Below are positions 1 to 13,036 of a stretch of DNA of 64,000 nucleotides, in pieces. The notes beneath the pieces were generated by a model. It worked only from the letters and a program-made list of their open reading frames with translations, had not been told where the DNA came from and did no database searches. How positions within the stretch are numbered: the stretch's first letter is position 1; every line of letters starts with the position of its first letter. Source of the DNA: Callorhinchus milii (Eukaryota); the NCBI RefSeq assembly GCF_018977255.1, contig NW_024704742.1, positions 112,408,001 to 112,472,000 on the forward strand, read 5' to 3'. Position numbers and translations under genes: made by a program.

Positions 1-364
1 AAGCAAACTGAATGTTCTTCCAAAACAAAGCAACTCATCATACCAATATATATGAATACTGGCAAAGGAAAATAGGCACTCAGCTGTTCTGCTAACAGCA
101 TTGGAAAGTTAATTTATATATGGTGATAAATGAGCACAATTTCAAAATCACACACTTGAAATTTTAACATTATGCAATTGACCCAAATGTCTTAAATTTG
201 AATTACCGCATATTGCTCTGAAACATTTTATCAAATTATCAAATAGTTCCATAACAACTATACAATTTTTAATATTTTAATCTAGTATTTTAATTCCAAA
301 GCCTTCAAAATCGACTACCAGTTGTTAATTTAATCACTGAAAATATTTTGAAACAAAGACTCAC

Positions 365-522
365 TCAAAAATGAATTCTTCTGTCCATACAGGATTTTGC
401 CCCTCTCTAGCATGAGTCTTTGCTACCTGAACGCTGTTCAGATAGATATTACAGTATGGGTGTGTGAAATATTTAACTGGGAGTTTGTGGGCTTCTTCCA
501 CATACAAAACCAGACTACTGAC
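365..522 (-). CDS. RASA1: RASA1 exon 14 (C2 start), 158 bp; gene continues beyond the left edge
   Basis: VSSLVLYVEEAHKLPVKYFTHPYCNIYLNSVQVAKTHAREGQNPVWTEEFIFD; tttcag| acceptor, GA|GTGAGT donor. Confidence 0.96.
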
Positions 523-1837
523 CTGAAAATGAGAAAAAAGTTACTTTTATAGTACATTTTACATACAATAATACTTGCATTTGATATAGGGCCTTATCAA
601 GTCTTCGAGACATCTCAAAGCCCTTCACAGATTATACTATAAGTGAATTAGCCGTATAGTTTGGGAGCGAAGGGATTACTCAAAAAGGAACTGCAATTAT
701 ACATTTCCTTTGAAGTTCTCAATTCAAAACTATAAATTTAGTATTTTATACTTTTCCAGTGAATAGCCTGAATTTAGTTTGCAATGTCTCAATATTACAA
801 TGCGGCATGAATTGCAGTTAGTTTGCATTATAACTTTTGATGCAATATAATATTGTGCTGTTCCTTAAGTTTGCATAATAATTTTCAGTCATTGAGCGAT
901 CGCTACCAATCCAAATTTATTATAAACATCTGAAAATTTTAAACAGGATCACCATTCATCAATTAATTCACAAATTCATTAATATTTTGTCTAAAATAGA
1001 TAAAAGTGATACCGCAAACTATTGGTGGTAATCATGAAGCATTTGATAATCAATCTTTAGGACAAGCAAATCGTTTGCTACTTGAGTTTGAAACATCACC
1101 AAAACAAAGTTTAAATTAAAAAATAAAAATTCTCTCTGAGTCTAAATGAATGCTATAACATATGAATGTTATACATAATTAAAATTAGCTAGATATTTAG
1201 ATAGGTAGATGTTAGATAGTTATTAAAATACACGACTACCACTGCCAAGCCAAAGAAAGAATTTAACAAGGATATTGTAGCTGATGAGGTCCTTCACTGA
1301 AAAGCAGATTTAACAAGGCTTGAAATATTCTGCTTAATCCCTTTTATTGTATAAAAGCAAACTAACTGTATATAACACAAAAAGTAAACACAGGCTTCAG
1401 GAAACAAATTTTTGATGACATTTTAAACCTGAAAAACTGAAAATTCTTGCATTTGATGTAGTACCTTATCATGTCATCTATACGTCTCAAAGCCCTTCAC
1501 TTTCTAGTTTCAAATAGCTCCATGGAATCGTTAACATCCATCTCAACTGGTAATCAGGGCCTCAGTTTAATGTCTCATCTGAACAATGACACTTGTGGCA
1601 AGGCAGTGCTCCTCTTCTGACTTTGAGGTGCAACCAGTACAAACAGAGCCAAGTGACTCCTAAAAATAACTAAATGAATCAATTGTAATACAGGGAATCC
1701 TGTATCACCATGAAACACTTTTGAAGCATTTCAAACAGGTGAAGACGCTATTCAAATGCAAGTTCTAACCAAATGCAATGTCAATTAACTTTTTTTCTTT
1801 TTCACAGAAAAAAAATGCAACTTAAGACATTTTCTAC

Positions 1838-1918
1838 CTGTCGAAGACGTTTGTTAGAGGCAGGTGCAACAGGTTTCTTTAAGTTACTGCAAAGTGCCTG
1901 TAGACACTTCATCCAGTC
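1838..1918 (-). CDS. RASA1: RASA1 exon 13, 81 bp
   Basis: DWMKCLQALCSNLKKPVAPASNKRLRQ; ttgtag| acceptor, CAG|GTAGA donor. Confidence 0.95.
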
Positions 1919-2787
1919 CTACAAAAACAAAAAAAACTTAAATGCAAGAAATTTCTAGAGACCAAGAATATTTGGGTCACATTGATTTAGGATATTCTCA
2001 ATTTCCCTGCAAATGTTTATTTACAACTTTTACAATTACAATAAACATTTAAAGATTTTCTTCACCTTTACTGATTTTTTTTGGTATTCAGTATCTACTT
2101 ACAATACAAAATTGCTGTTAATTAAATATGAATCTAACAATAACTGTACACAAGTTAAGTTTATTAGTACTCTAGGAATAGAATTACCCAAACTTCTGAT
2201 CATTCCTTGAAAGCATAGTATTTTCCATCTATTAATGGAATGAGACTAGACATCGGGTCAGATATGGGGGGGGGGGCGGAGAAAAATAGCAAAAAGAGAA
2301 AATGTCAGCGCCTTTGAAGATGTGCAGTACCGCACCCTTAGGCAAGCTGTAGCAAGAGAAAGGTATTTCACTAACAATCTGGGACAAACAAGAGGAAAAC
2401 TAAATCTCAGAAACCTTCTGCAAAATGGGTACAAAATAGATTCTGCAAGTAGTGGTGGTTTAGCAGCCAACCTCTGAATCTACTGAATAAACTGCCTAAA
2501 TAATCTAAAGACAAAGTAACAATTCTGAATTTCTCCACGACCATTTCCCACTGTTGATAACACAGGGCTACTGTGGCCAGAACATTTTCCAGTTCAAGGC
2601 ATTCCTAAACATCCTTTCAAACTAAACAGGGTACCTCAGTTTTTTTTTAACCCACATATGGCTATCTACTTCCATTTGGCTGTAAGACAACAACAAAATT
2701 ATATTTGTACAGCGCCTTTCACATCAGGAGTATATCCCAAGGCGCTGGACAATCAGTATTTCGGACCCGAGCTGGCGGTCGGGGTCG

Positions 2788-2900
2788 GAACGTTAACTCA
2801 TTTTCCACTCTCCATGGATACTGTCTGACCTGCTGTGTATTCTAAGAGACTTCTGTGTTTATACCGGATTTCCAGCATCTGCAGTACTTTGCCCTGTCTT
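2788..2900 (+). repeat. Fragment of a MER6-like/Penelope-associated shark repeat
   Basis: AACGTTAACTC...CTGACCTGCTG..TATT...GATTTCCAGCATCTGCAGTA; a decayed opposite-orientation relative lies at about 61180-61270. Family assignment is from memory. Confidence 0.45.
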
Positions 2901-3048
2901 CCCCCCCCATACAGAATATTGCTTAAAAAGTTATTGGTACAGTTCTTACAATGGAAAGGATTTGAAGCTTCAAAGATGAAAACTAGTTCTAATGATAATA
3001 ATCCTTGCATTTGATACAGTGCGTTATTACGTCGTCGAGACGTCTCAA

Positions 3049-3643
3049 GACTACCCTCCTTGGGTGGGAGGGAGATAAATGAGGTCTCCGTGGAGCTGAA
3101 CTGGCTCCAAAATGACATGCCTTGCAACAGAATGACAGAATCGAGCCAGCTCTCTGTCGTGAGTGTCTGATTCCTGAGCCAGGTGGGTCCGCAGTATTCC
3201 AGGGCACTGCTGATGACAGCACACACAGCCTGGCTCATCAGCAGGACTTTGAAGTGCAGACCAATCACTGGGGGCAGGGAGTCATCCCATTCAGCTCCTG
3301 TTAACTCTGCACACCAAAGCCCTGACCGGTAGGGTGGGCAAGCAACAGAAAAATGTGCCAGACAGCGATATCAATGGCAAGCTATGCGGTTTTAGCTGGT
3401 TAGACTCCAGCAGTACCCCAACGCACACTTTGCGGTTGCCATGCCCTGGCTCTTGCCAACCTGCGCCTAATACTTTTCGGAATTAGGTATGCAGGGTGTG
3501 TCCCTCCAGGAAGAGAAGGCGCACTCCATTCCAACAATCTATCTCTAGGATTTCCATGTGTAGGTAGCATGCATGGAAATCTCAGCTTGGTGATGGGTTT
3601 CCAGATGTGTCAGACCCCTGTTGACCAATTTTTTTCAAAAAAA
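3049..3643 (+). mobile_element. Unclassified A-tailed retroposon with TSD
   Basis: Flanked by GAGAC(G/A)TCTCAA (3037-3048, 3646-3657); homologous to five other loci in the window. Confidence 0.75.
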
Positions 3644-4518
3644 TTGAGACATCTCAAAGCGTTTCACAGGATATACTGCAAAGTGGGTTGCCTGCGTATT
3701 TTGTGGGTAAAATGCGATAGCCAGTTGCACACAGTAATGTCCCACAAACAACCATGGAGTGGAGCGAGTGACCAATTTTATCTTTATGAAAACTATCCAC
3801 ATTCATGGTAAAGATTCACAACTTCAGTACATTGGATAGCATTGGGTAGGACAGAATCAACATGAGCAGAAGTTTTCCATCATCTACCCTGCACACAGTA
3901 TATTGCACGGTGTGCCTATACAAGCATTCATCAGAAGTACTGTGGAATTTGCAGTCAATCAACTCTTCTTACAATAGTTACTGACATACATTCCTCCAAA
4001 ACTGCTTTGTTTGTAACTGGAGAAAGGATGGGAGGACACAACCCCTGGAAGTCGATTGCAATTCAAAACAATGAATAATGTTGAGCCTGATGGGATTCTA
4101 GAGCTATCACATTTAATCAGATGCTATATATTATTCATCTGAGGCTGAAGGATGAGATGTGCTTGGGGATAGGGATCACTTGCCTCACAAAGGGTGACCT
4201 GCTTTAGAGTACTGATCCCATTGTGGCTGTCTGATTTAATTAGATTTGTATCTTACATGTATTTTTTCTCCAGTGCAATAAAGGCTCAATTAAGAAAATG
4301 AATCACCTTTAAATTAAGACTAAAGTTACTAAGTTCCTGACTTCATCAGATAAACTTGTTGGGAGAGAAACATTCAGTGCCTTTTCAGCATGCCCACAGT
4401 AAATAAGAGCTTTCCAATAGATACTACTGACTGAGAAATGTGACCATCTATAGCAGTTTGGTTAATTCAGTCTTCATAATTATATGCACCCAAGGAATTT
4501 CTATGACAAAACAGTTAC

Positions 4519-4606
4519 CTGTGCTTGCTCAGGAGTTTCACCAGCAAAGTAGAAGATGTAATGCTCTTCACTAAAGTGCTGTACAACTATCTGAAAACAG
4601 TTTGGC
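4519..4606 (-). CDS. RASA1: RASA1 exon 12 (PH), 88 bp
   Basis: PNCFQIVVQHFSEEHYIFYFAGETPEQAQ; ttatag| acceptor, CAG|GTAAC donor. Confidence 0.97.
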
Positions 4607-5150
4607 CTATAAAGAGAAAATTACAGGAAACTAATCAGTCCATGAGAATGCAGGGGAGGGGGAAATGGAAAAGGAAGTATATCAGTGGAAAGAAGCAAAC
4701 CAGAATTTAATATTTGAGATGGATAATTATTTTGAAGCGTTTGCTTGTTTATCTTCAGGATTAGGAGCATTTACTCAGAGTCTGTATAGATTTTTATGTG
4801 GTTTGTGAGAAGAGCCAGCTTTCTGGGCCAAATTGCCCTTTCCCATGCTTTCCAGGTGATGAAGTAAAAAACACTTGTTATGTCTGAACGTGGAAAGTGG
4901 CAGATGGATAGTTCCAAGCATGCTCAATTTCAAAATGCATGGTCAGAAGATCCTTATGAAGAATGGATAACAATTGATAAGTTAGGACAGCAAAAACAGG
5001 CATTACAAATATGATTTAATGAACTCATGCCCTGCACGAATAATTGGGGGGAAAAAGAAGCTGAAAATCAAATGCTGTACCTCAACAGGTTCTTAAAAAT
5101 GGCAAATTACTTTAATATACAAAAAGATTCAAACATCTAAATATTCTTAC

Positions 5151-5307
5151 CTGCCGAACAGACTCTCGTGAACTTCATATACAGTACAAACACTGAGGTC
5201 TATTAATCCTTTTGGTTTTGTGGCTCTCTTTTCACTTTCAAAATAGATCAGCTGGGAGTCATTCCCCTCCAAAATAAAGTACAAGTTTTTCCATCGCTTA
5301 CCTTTGC
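5151..5307 (-). CDS. RASA1: RASA1 exon 11 (PH), 157 bp
   Basis: SKGKRWKNLYFILEGNDSQLIYFESEKRATKPKGLIDLSVCTVYEVHESLFGR; ttacag| acceptor, AG|GTAAG donor. Confidence 0.97.
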
Positions 5308-5829
5308 CTGTAAGAGATGATATTCTGAAAATGTTTGTACCACCTAAATGAGAACTACAATGAAGAATAGCTTAAGGAGAATATTGAATAAGTGCATATT
5401 CATTTTTAAAAAATTAAAAAAGGATAATTACAATATAAAGGTGGTTACATTATTAATATCCAGTAGATTATAGCAAGAGTGATTTTACTTTTAAAAAGTA
5501 CCCAATAAATTGCGCAAGCATAAAAAAAGTCAAATAATTCAATTCTCAAAATGTGGTATGTATTTAGGAAACAAGATCTGTTCAGAAAACTATACAATTT
5601 CCAAATGACAAATAGAACAGCAGTTCTATTTTTTTATGATCCAAAAAACATTAAATTAAATTTTATTTTGAATGGAGGAACATTTTATCTGTTCAGTCAA
5701 GGCTTGAACCTTGTAAATGTTAAACAATGGTTATCCTCAATGTTTTTTTTAATAAAAAAATCCAATAGTGCAATACACATATATCAACCTAAGAACAATA
5801 AATTCAACGACAGAAAATATTATTCTTAC

Positions 5830-5950
5830 TCTTTTTCCAAAGGTATCCATTCTTCACTACATTTTTATAAAATGCATCCTTTGGCTTGCGCCGAATTGTG
5901 TTGTATATTTCTATTCCATCAACCAAATCATTGAGTACTTGTTCTTGGTG
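5830..5950 (-). CDS. RASA1: RASA1 exon 10 (into PH), 121 bp
   Basis: HQEQVLNDLVDGIEIYNTIRRKPKDAFYKNVVKNGYLWKK; tttttag| acceptor, A|GTAAG donor. Confidence 0.95.
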
Positions 5951-6059
5951 CTAAAAAAAAAGTCACATCATTCCATCACTAAACAATTTTATTATGTACA
6001 GAAAGCTACAAAAGTTAAAATAAAAGAATCTCCAGCTAGAATCAAAAATTCTAAATGTC

Positions 6060-6780
6060 TCAAAGAGTTTTACGAAAGTAGAGCCCAAGCTGGGAGGCAG
6101 ATAGGGAGTATGAAAGGAAATAGCTGAAGGTCCAGTTGAAGAGAGAAGTTTTTAAGGTTATTCGTGAAAGCAGAGAGGGAGGAAGCCAGGTGAATGAATT
6201 TCGGAATGGAGTTCCTGAAAGTGCAGAATCAATTTGTTGGGGATCACAGGGGTAGGATGGGCAAGGGCATGGAGGCATTTAGAGGCAAGGATAAGGATCT
6301 TCAAATAGATTCACTGGGAGAGGGAGATTGTGGTGGCGGGCAATTGAGGGGTAATGGGTTCATGGAACCTAGTGCGTGACACGAGATAAACAGGGGAGTT
6401 CTGGATGATCGATCTGGAGCTTATGGAGGGTAGACTGAGGAAGCAGGACATTGGAGAAGTTGTGTTTGGAGATGACAAATATGTGGATAATGGTTTCTGC
6501 TAGATTGGGGGTATGCAATGTTGTGGGAACAGAGTAAAGCAAACTTGGTCAGAACCCGGATGAAAAACTTAAACATGAATTGAGGGTCAAACAAAATGCT
6601 GTCAGGCTCAATGAGTTGGAGTGAGAAACTGGGTAAGTTGATTCAGTCTATGTTAGAGGCTGAGCAGGTTGGCCTCAGGTCCGTCAATGTTTAGTTGTAA
6701 AACGTTGGGACTCTTTGATGACTTGAAATCTGTCAGAACAACAGTGGGTTTGGAGTTGAGGGTTTTGGCAGAAAGGTATT
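6060..6780 (-). mobile_element. Old L2 3' fragment
   Basis: Purine-rich block with decayed LKTSLF / WNS motifs. Other short L2 3' remnants lie at about 13575-13900, 21560-21790, 47872-48105, 51865-52060, 55785-55925 (minus) and 63060-63356 (plus). Confidence 0.65.
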
Positions 6781-6885
6781 GCATCAATTTATCAACTTGA
6801 TAAACTCAGTTATTAATGCTGCAAAAAATTATTTGTAGTATTGGTAAACTATTCTTCAAAAGATTTCCGTAGACTCTTTACTTAC

Positions 6886-6964
6886 CTGTACAGGGACAGG
6901 GTCTTTGAGGAAATAACCCTCAACGATCTGTTCCTTCCTATAGTGCTCAATGATTTCCTCTATG
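6886..6964 (-). CDS. RASA1: RASA1 exon 9, 79 bp
   Basis: IEEIIEHYRKEQIVEGYFLKDPVPVQ; tgcag| acceptor, CAG|GTAAG donor. Confidence 0.95.
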
Positions 6965-8504
6965 CTGCAATAAAATGTACAAAGTCCAAATCAACCTTTT
7001 GCAAAAAAAGTTTCATTATTTTTTATGGCACTTTTTTTTAAATAAGACACGAAGAAAATTAATTTGATCAATATAATAGACTGGTTTGGAAAATGTTGAT
7101 GCTGCTGTCAAATTAAGGTGCAAAATGTCAAACTTTAGTGAAATGGTTGAAAACAAATGATTCAATAATAATGACTCAGAGTAACTAATGTGATATTGTG
7201 CCAGTAAGTCAGCAGACAAACAGGAATCCCACTTTTGAAAGTAGATTACTGGGTTAATGCGAGATGCTCTTGATATACAATGCTGATGCTAACAAGTTAC
7301 AATTTGAGTGAATTCTATTGTGAATTTGTTACTTTCTCAAGCCCAATACTAGCAGATTGCATTTTGAAGGTATTGCAGTATTTTTTTAAAATATATTCAA
7401 ACCATCAGGCTTCCATCTTTCTGAAAACAAATCATACTCAGAAAAGAGGATATTTGTACAAGATGAACACATGAAATTTATGCAAAGGTTCCAGTTTCAA
7501 TATTTACACCCAAGAAGCATGTACATTTTTTAAAAAAATAACCTTGAGCACGATTTAGTGCATGACATGAAATTAGGAGAAATGATCCAGAAAACAATTT
7601 GTCTCTTGAAATCACTTCAAAGAATCAAAAGAAAACCTAATCTGCTAAGTGTCAGATTACATTTTATAGTTGATCAAAACAAGTATGGCTTCTAAATTGA
7701 CGACTTCTCGAACTAGGATAAAGGGTTCAAAGCAAGTGAAGGGATCATAATCTCTCATCAAGATTTGAGACCACACAATAGACTGCAGTCTCAAATCTGT
7801 ATAGTACTTATATTTTCTAAAACAAATTCTAGTGAGAAGAAAGATATTTCATACTGATGCATATTAACTAGTTTCTGTAATATAATAATTGGAGAACAAA
7901 CATTTTAGGTTAAAATGTATTATGAGATATGAATGAACTTATTGTTGACATTTCCTACAAAAAACACAAACGGCACTTAGCACTAAAATGAAAAATGTAA
8001 ATTGGGGTGACAACTGGAAAATGTACAATTCAGCTTTTTTTTAGAAAAAGGGCATTAGTATGAAATCTGGAGAATATACAATTGTACCACTACATGTGAA
8101 GTGATATTTGCTGCAAGAACCACAAGATGGTGCTAAACGCTTATAAGCAAAGATTTTTGTTCATGAGATCACTAAAAATTACATATAATCCAAAAAAAGG
8201 GCATCAATACTCAAAGTGACAAACTAAGCAATCAATTCTTTGCAATTTTGTACTCCAAAGGGCATAAATAAACCAATGATACACTGGCAATTGCCATTTA
8301 AAAACTATTAATTGTAGTATTTTAAACGGGATGAAGACATCAGAAAGACAGAATCAACTACCTACAACAAACTTATTTTCTTTCTCGCTGTTCCCTCACC
8401 TTTCAAGGTCTGACTCAGGACTTTCCTCTTTGACTACACCTTCGGTCATCTTCCCTTTCTCCAACCCACTGCCCCTCCCCCAAATCCAACACTCGTTTTA
8501 ATAA

Positions 8505-8869
8505 CAATGATACTAATCCTTGTATTTGATATAGCGCCTCATCACATCTTCGAGACGTCTAAAAGTGCTTCACAGAATATACTGTAAAGTGAATTGACTG
8601 TATATTTTGTTGGGCGAAACACGAAAGCCAATTGCACACAGCAGTGTCCCAAAAAACAGTCGTGGATTGAGTGACCAATTTTTTTTTGAAGGAATTATTA
8701 CCCCCAGAAAAGAGATCCACCAATCGACTAACAATCGGGTTCCTACTTACTGCTAGGTAAAGAGGTGTTTGGAGTAAGGAAACTTGCCCAACGTTTTGCC
8801 CTTCCGGGAATCAAACCCAGGTCTCTCACTTGTGAGGCGAGTGCTCTAACAACTGAGCTACAGGACTCC
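8505..8869 (-). mobile_element. Older, longer subfamily of the same SINE
   Basis: Same head and core plus an extra middle block (TTACCTAGCAGTAAGTAGGAACCCG...). The block is also seen at 50355-50700, 28385-28745 and 60545-60780. Partial copies of the family lie at 45695-45865, 53285-53440, 57010-57200, 2990-3780 and 570-650. Confidence 0.88.
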
Positions 8870-11256
8870 TCGCTTTGGTGCAAGCTCTCCACTGTCTAGC
8901 GTCTTAGAACTTCCTCCCAAAGTAAAAGATGCTATATAAATTTAAAAATGTTATTGATTGAAAACATCTTTCATATATAAAAAAAATTAGAAACTGTCAT
9001 AAAAATCACATTTAGAGTGCCTTCCGCAACATTCAGTTACTGTGCATTATAGGCTGCTGTCTTACAGGAATCATGAAAATCTAGAAAGCCAGAACAGAAA
9101 ATGTACAAGTTATGAAAATTATTTTTCATGTACAACTTTACAATGGAAAAGTTTTAAAAACAGGTTGGACAAATCAATTTTCTGGGTTAGTTTTCATAAA
9201 GTTTTACTCTCGTATTTGTTTCAACGTGAGCCTTTTAAAGGTCTCCTCTGTAGAACAGTATGATCATATTTGAGGCATTGGGGAGAATGAAATGATGCAC
9301 AATACAGCAGTGTTCAGTGGAACTGTTGGAAGTAACATTTGATTCAATTTAAAAATGTCCAACAAATAAATGGCTTCTCTGTTGGTTTTAAAGTAAAGGT
9401 AAATTGAAGCAGAAATAGAATAGCAGCACTAAGTCAATATGAATGAGTTCTGTATCCACATTTGGAAACGAGAAGGCAAAATCCCCAATCGCTTAAAAAC
9501 ACTGTCCAAATAACTGGATAAAGCAACTGGATGGCATGTTACTGAGATTGGAGATGATCAGCAACAAAATTCAAAAGCATGCTCCTAATTTGGATCAGGG
9601 AATAAAGGCAATCTTTGAGGAGAGGTTTTGTATGAAAGCAAGAGACTAAGAAAGTGAATATCAGCAACACTGAATACTGATTATGATAAGTATGACACAA
9701 TAGGTAAATTTACTTTAGTTTCTATGTTGTTCAGATTACTGCAAATTTGCTACATCTCAAATTGAATACAAAATTGGTATTGACTACATTTAATGACGCA
9801 CCAAGAAACTGAGTGTGCGTGTGAAAACTCCATGAGCTAGGAAATCAATCAATCAATCACTCTCTCTCCCTATCCATTTATTTATTGTGGGAAGGGATTA
9901 TTACCCTCAGAAAGCAATCTGCCAATTGACTAAAACCTTACAGCATATCCTGTGAAGCACTTACAGTCCATCTAAAAGTTCTTTTGGAATTAAGTTCAAT
10001 GTAGATGTAGATGCAAAAGTCACGATTCTTCAAACAGTTTTAAAAGTGAAAAATCACATTATGAGCTGCAATACCTGGAGTTCTGACCAAACCTCAGCTG
10101 CTAGAACATTGATCAAAGTCACTGTAAAGAACCAAGTGTCTGAAGTCAATACATCTTCATTACAGTTGTCAGAATGACACAGATCAAGAGAGATGGGAAT
10201 AAGGACGTGCTTGGAAGTCTGTTGTCCAACTAGTTGCACAATGAGATTTAATTGGAATCAGAGAGACATCGACATCTTGGGTAGTGTGGTGGCATTAAGC
10301 AGTGGAAAACAAACAAAGTCATAACATTAAAGGTTCAATTCACATTCCTTTCAGTTAATTTTGAATTTGAGCAAAGCTAGGCAAAAAAAATGTAAAATGT
10401 GGTACCTTAGCAACTATAAAAACAGCCAAAAGGAAGGTGTTTCAAGCAGTGCTGAATGTGACCCAAATGCCTGGGTAATGATTGGATGTGGAGACGTCCT
10501 GGTTACTTCACCAGTACACAATGACCAACGGTGGACCTTTGCTGACATTCTCAGAAGCTATTAGCTGTTCTAATAAACTGTTATTTCAGTGGCCTTTTCC
10601 CTGAAAGTTCACAACGGAAAGCTCAACTATTTATTTTCTCAAACTGGCACGCTCTTTGTAATTTGGCCTTCCTATCCAAAGTGCTGCTGCCATTCAGTCA
10701 CAGTTTATCCCATTCCTCCTTTGAGTCTCTTCAATCAAAAAAATGGTTAATCATTAATATCTACAAATATTAGCTTCCATTTATTTACCACCACCCAAGT
10801 TTACATCTCAAGAACAACAAATTAAATTTGTATAGCGCCTTTCATGTTGGGAGGACATCCCAAGGCGCAGATACCACTCTCTGCTACTTCTCTAAATTTC
10901 AAGACTTGCTCTTCTATTTCAGATGAGCTACAATATTCTCCCGTTCAATATCAGCAAAACAGAAACCTTTTGGTTTGTATTAAATGTCGTGGTTATTCTT
11001 CAGATCAAACCAGTGACTCACAAACGTTGGAATATTGTTCAATCCAAGCACCAGCTTTGCCTCAGGAATATTATTTGCTTACACCTCTACTTCACCATCA
11101 TTGCGCTTGGAACTCTTAGACAAGCAGGAATATGGGATTAGAGTGGACAGTTCCAATGGGGAGGGGTTTTTACAGTAGGGAAATAATGAACCGAATGACC
11201 TCTCGATTCTATTTGTATCAAAAGCACAATTTGGAAAATTAATTAACATCTCTTAC

Positions 11257-11407
11257 CTGTTGTAATACCGGCCACCCATCATGAACTGATTGTTAGAGGT
11301 TGGACATACTTTAAATCGTTGAATATTTTCATTTGTCCTAAAGTAAAGCGAGTAGTCACCCGGTGTGTTATCTGAAGGTCTTACAAGAAAACTGCATATT
11401 TGGCCAA
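11257..11407 (-). CDS. RASA1: RASA1 exon 8 (C-SH2), 151 bp
   Basis: VGQICSFLVRPSDNTPGDYSLYFRTNENIQRFKVCPTSNNQFMMGGRYYNS; tttttag| acceptor, AG|GTAAGA donor. Confidence 0.97.
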
Positions 11408-12638
11408 CTAAAAAAAAAGGGAAAAAGCTAATTAACAATTATTTTAATATAATACAGCAATGGAATGTTTAGTGGAAGCAGTCGCAGCATGGTGCAGATA
11501 GCTGGAACCTGTTATAACACAGTGGTACTATGATCTCACAGTACATCGAAAGCGCAGTATGCTTTCCGGCACTAACTGGTTAGCTTCCTGTGCATAGCAA
11601 AAAGGAAGTGATATCGGGATGGCCGTATCCCATTATAAAGCCAATTATATTATAAAACTAGGGTCAGACCACAACTACAGTGTACATAATATGCACTTTT
11701 GCACTAAACTACACCACAGCCAGAGGAGCAAATGCATAGTGCATTTACACATTGCAAACGTGAGTAGCACGTGAATAAAACATGGCAACACAATAGCATG
11801 TACAGTACATGAGTCAGAACACTGGATAGAGCTGAAGGTGCAAATTTTAAAAAACAGGATTATTTTACATGCAATAAACTTTAGAAGCTGAAATGAATTT
11901 CTTCAAAATAATTCTTCAAAACCACATCGGGAGCATAGCTCTAGAAAAGTAGCCTAGTTTTTGCTACAAATTAGTTTGTTAAAGTTGCTGCACTCTATCC
12001 AAATTTGAGAGCATCATTACAAATCTTGCAATTTCAAATTTGAGAGCATCACACTGCCAATTTTGAAAGCATAACACTACTATGCCGTATATATGTGGGA
12101 GATTAAGTGAAAACGAATCACAGAACTTTAAGAGTTTTATCAAGGCAGCAACTAAACACATTTCTGCATAATTTCCTTATGTACAAAATAAATAGTAAAT
12201 CTAGGCATTCAAAATCCACAATATGTTTTTCATGCTGAAGGAAGAATTAATGGTTAGTGATATTTTTTAAATTTTACTTGGCTGAGATTGCCTTTTCATT
12301 CAACCCCTCATTGAAAAAAATCTATTTTTGAAGGATGAAGTATATCACCTTTTATTTTATATCACAACAGCTATCATCTTTAAGAAATTTTCGGCTGATA
12401 TGGAGCTCATAAATGCACACTGAAATGTTGTAATTGTATTATGAATTGTGTCTCATCATGTATTGTGCAGAAATATTAAGCAATACAGATGGAATGCATG
12501 GACGGAACAGTTGGCCAAATATGGAGAGGACAGATTTTTGACTGAACAAAGACAACCAAATTAACAGAAAGTGCATTATAGAAGCACAGTATTGTAATTC
12601 CATATAAATAATGTACATCAGAAGCAATGGATCACTAC

Positions 12639-12691
12639 CTGTCATCAGCAGATTATAGGCTTCTTGCTTTGATATCTTCCCATGGAACCAT
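12639..12691 (-). CDS. RASA1: RASA1 exon 7 (C-SH2 start), 53 bp
   Basis: WFHGKISKQEAYNLLMT; tttcag| acceptor, G|GTAGTG donor. Confidence 0.95.
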
Positions 12692-13004
12692 CTGAAAATA
12701 AATGAATAGACCTGTTTTCATGTAGAGACTTACAACATGCAGAGAAAAGATGTTCATCTATGACAGATCTCATAGACCACAAGTAAAAACATTTATTAAA
12801 AACTTTTCTGCATCTACAATTTACTTAAGTTTATCTTTTCTTTTAAAAATGTCAGAGGCAATGCCTTTAAAATACCCAATAAAACCAAAACATGAGGAGA
12901 TGGGTAGGTTAGTGATTTTTTAAAAAAATTTCCTTCTACTCCTTCTGAATTTTGTTTAATATGTAGTGCAACGTGGTATTACGAAAAATTGTGAAAATTC
13001 TTAC

Positions 13005-13036
13005 ATTTTGCCTTCATGTGGATCTTCTTCACGGTC
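13005..13036 (-). CDS. RASA1: RASA1 exon 6, 32 bp
   Basis: DREEDPHEGKI (human GREEDPHEGKI); ttacag| acceptor, AT|GTAAG donor. Confidence 0.93.

Noticed and set aside
1281..1305. CTGATGA...GAAA hammerhead-like core
   Set aside because: No stem II or flanking helices can be drawn; the MER6/Penelope-like fragments at 2788 and 61180 also lack an intact core.
3170..3230. SSALEYCGPTWLR minus-strand motif with mostly synonymous differences among copies
   Set aside because: Resembles a LINE C-terminal motif but is antisense to the orientation implied by the A-tail and TSDs; flanks do not extend the match and the sites are too few.
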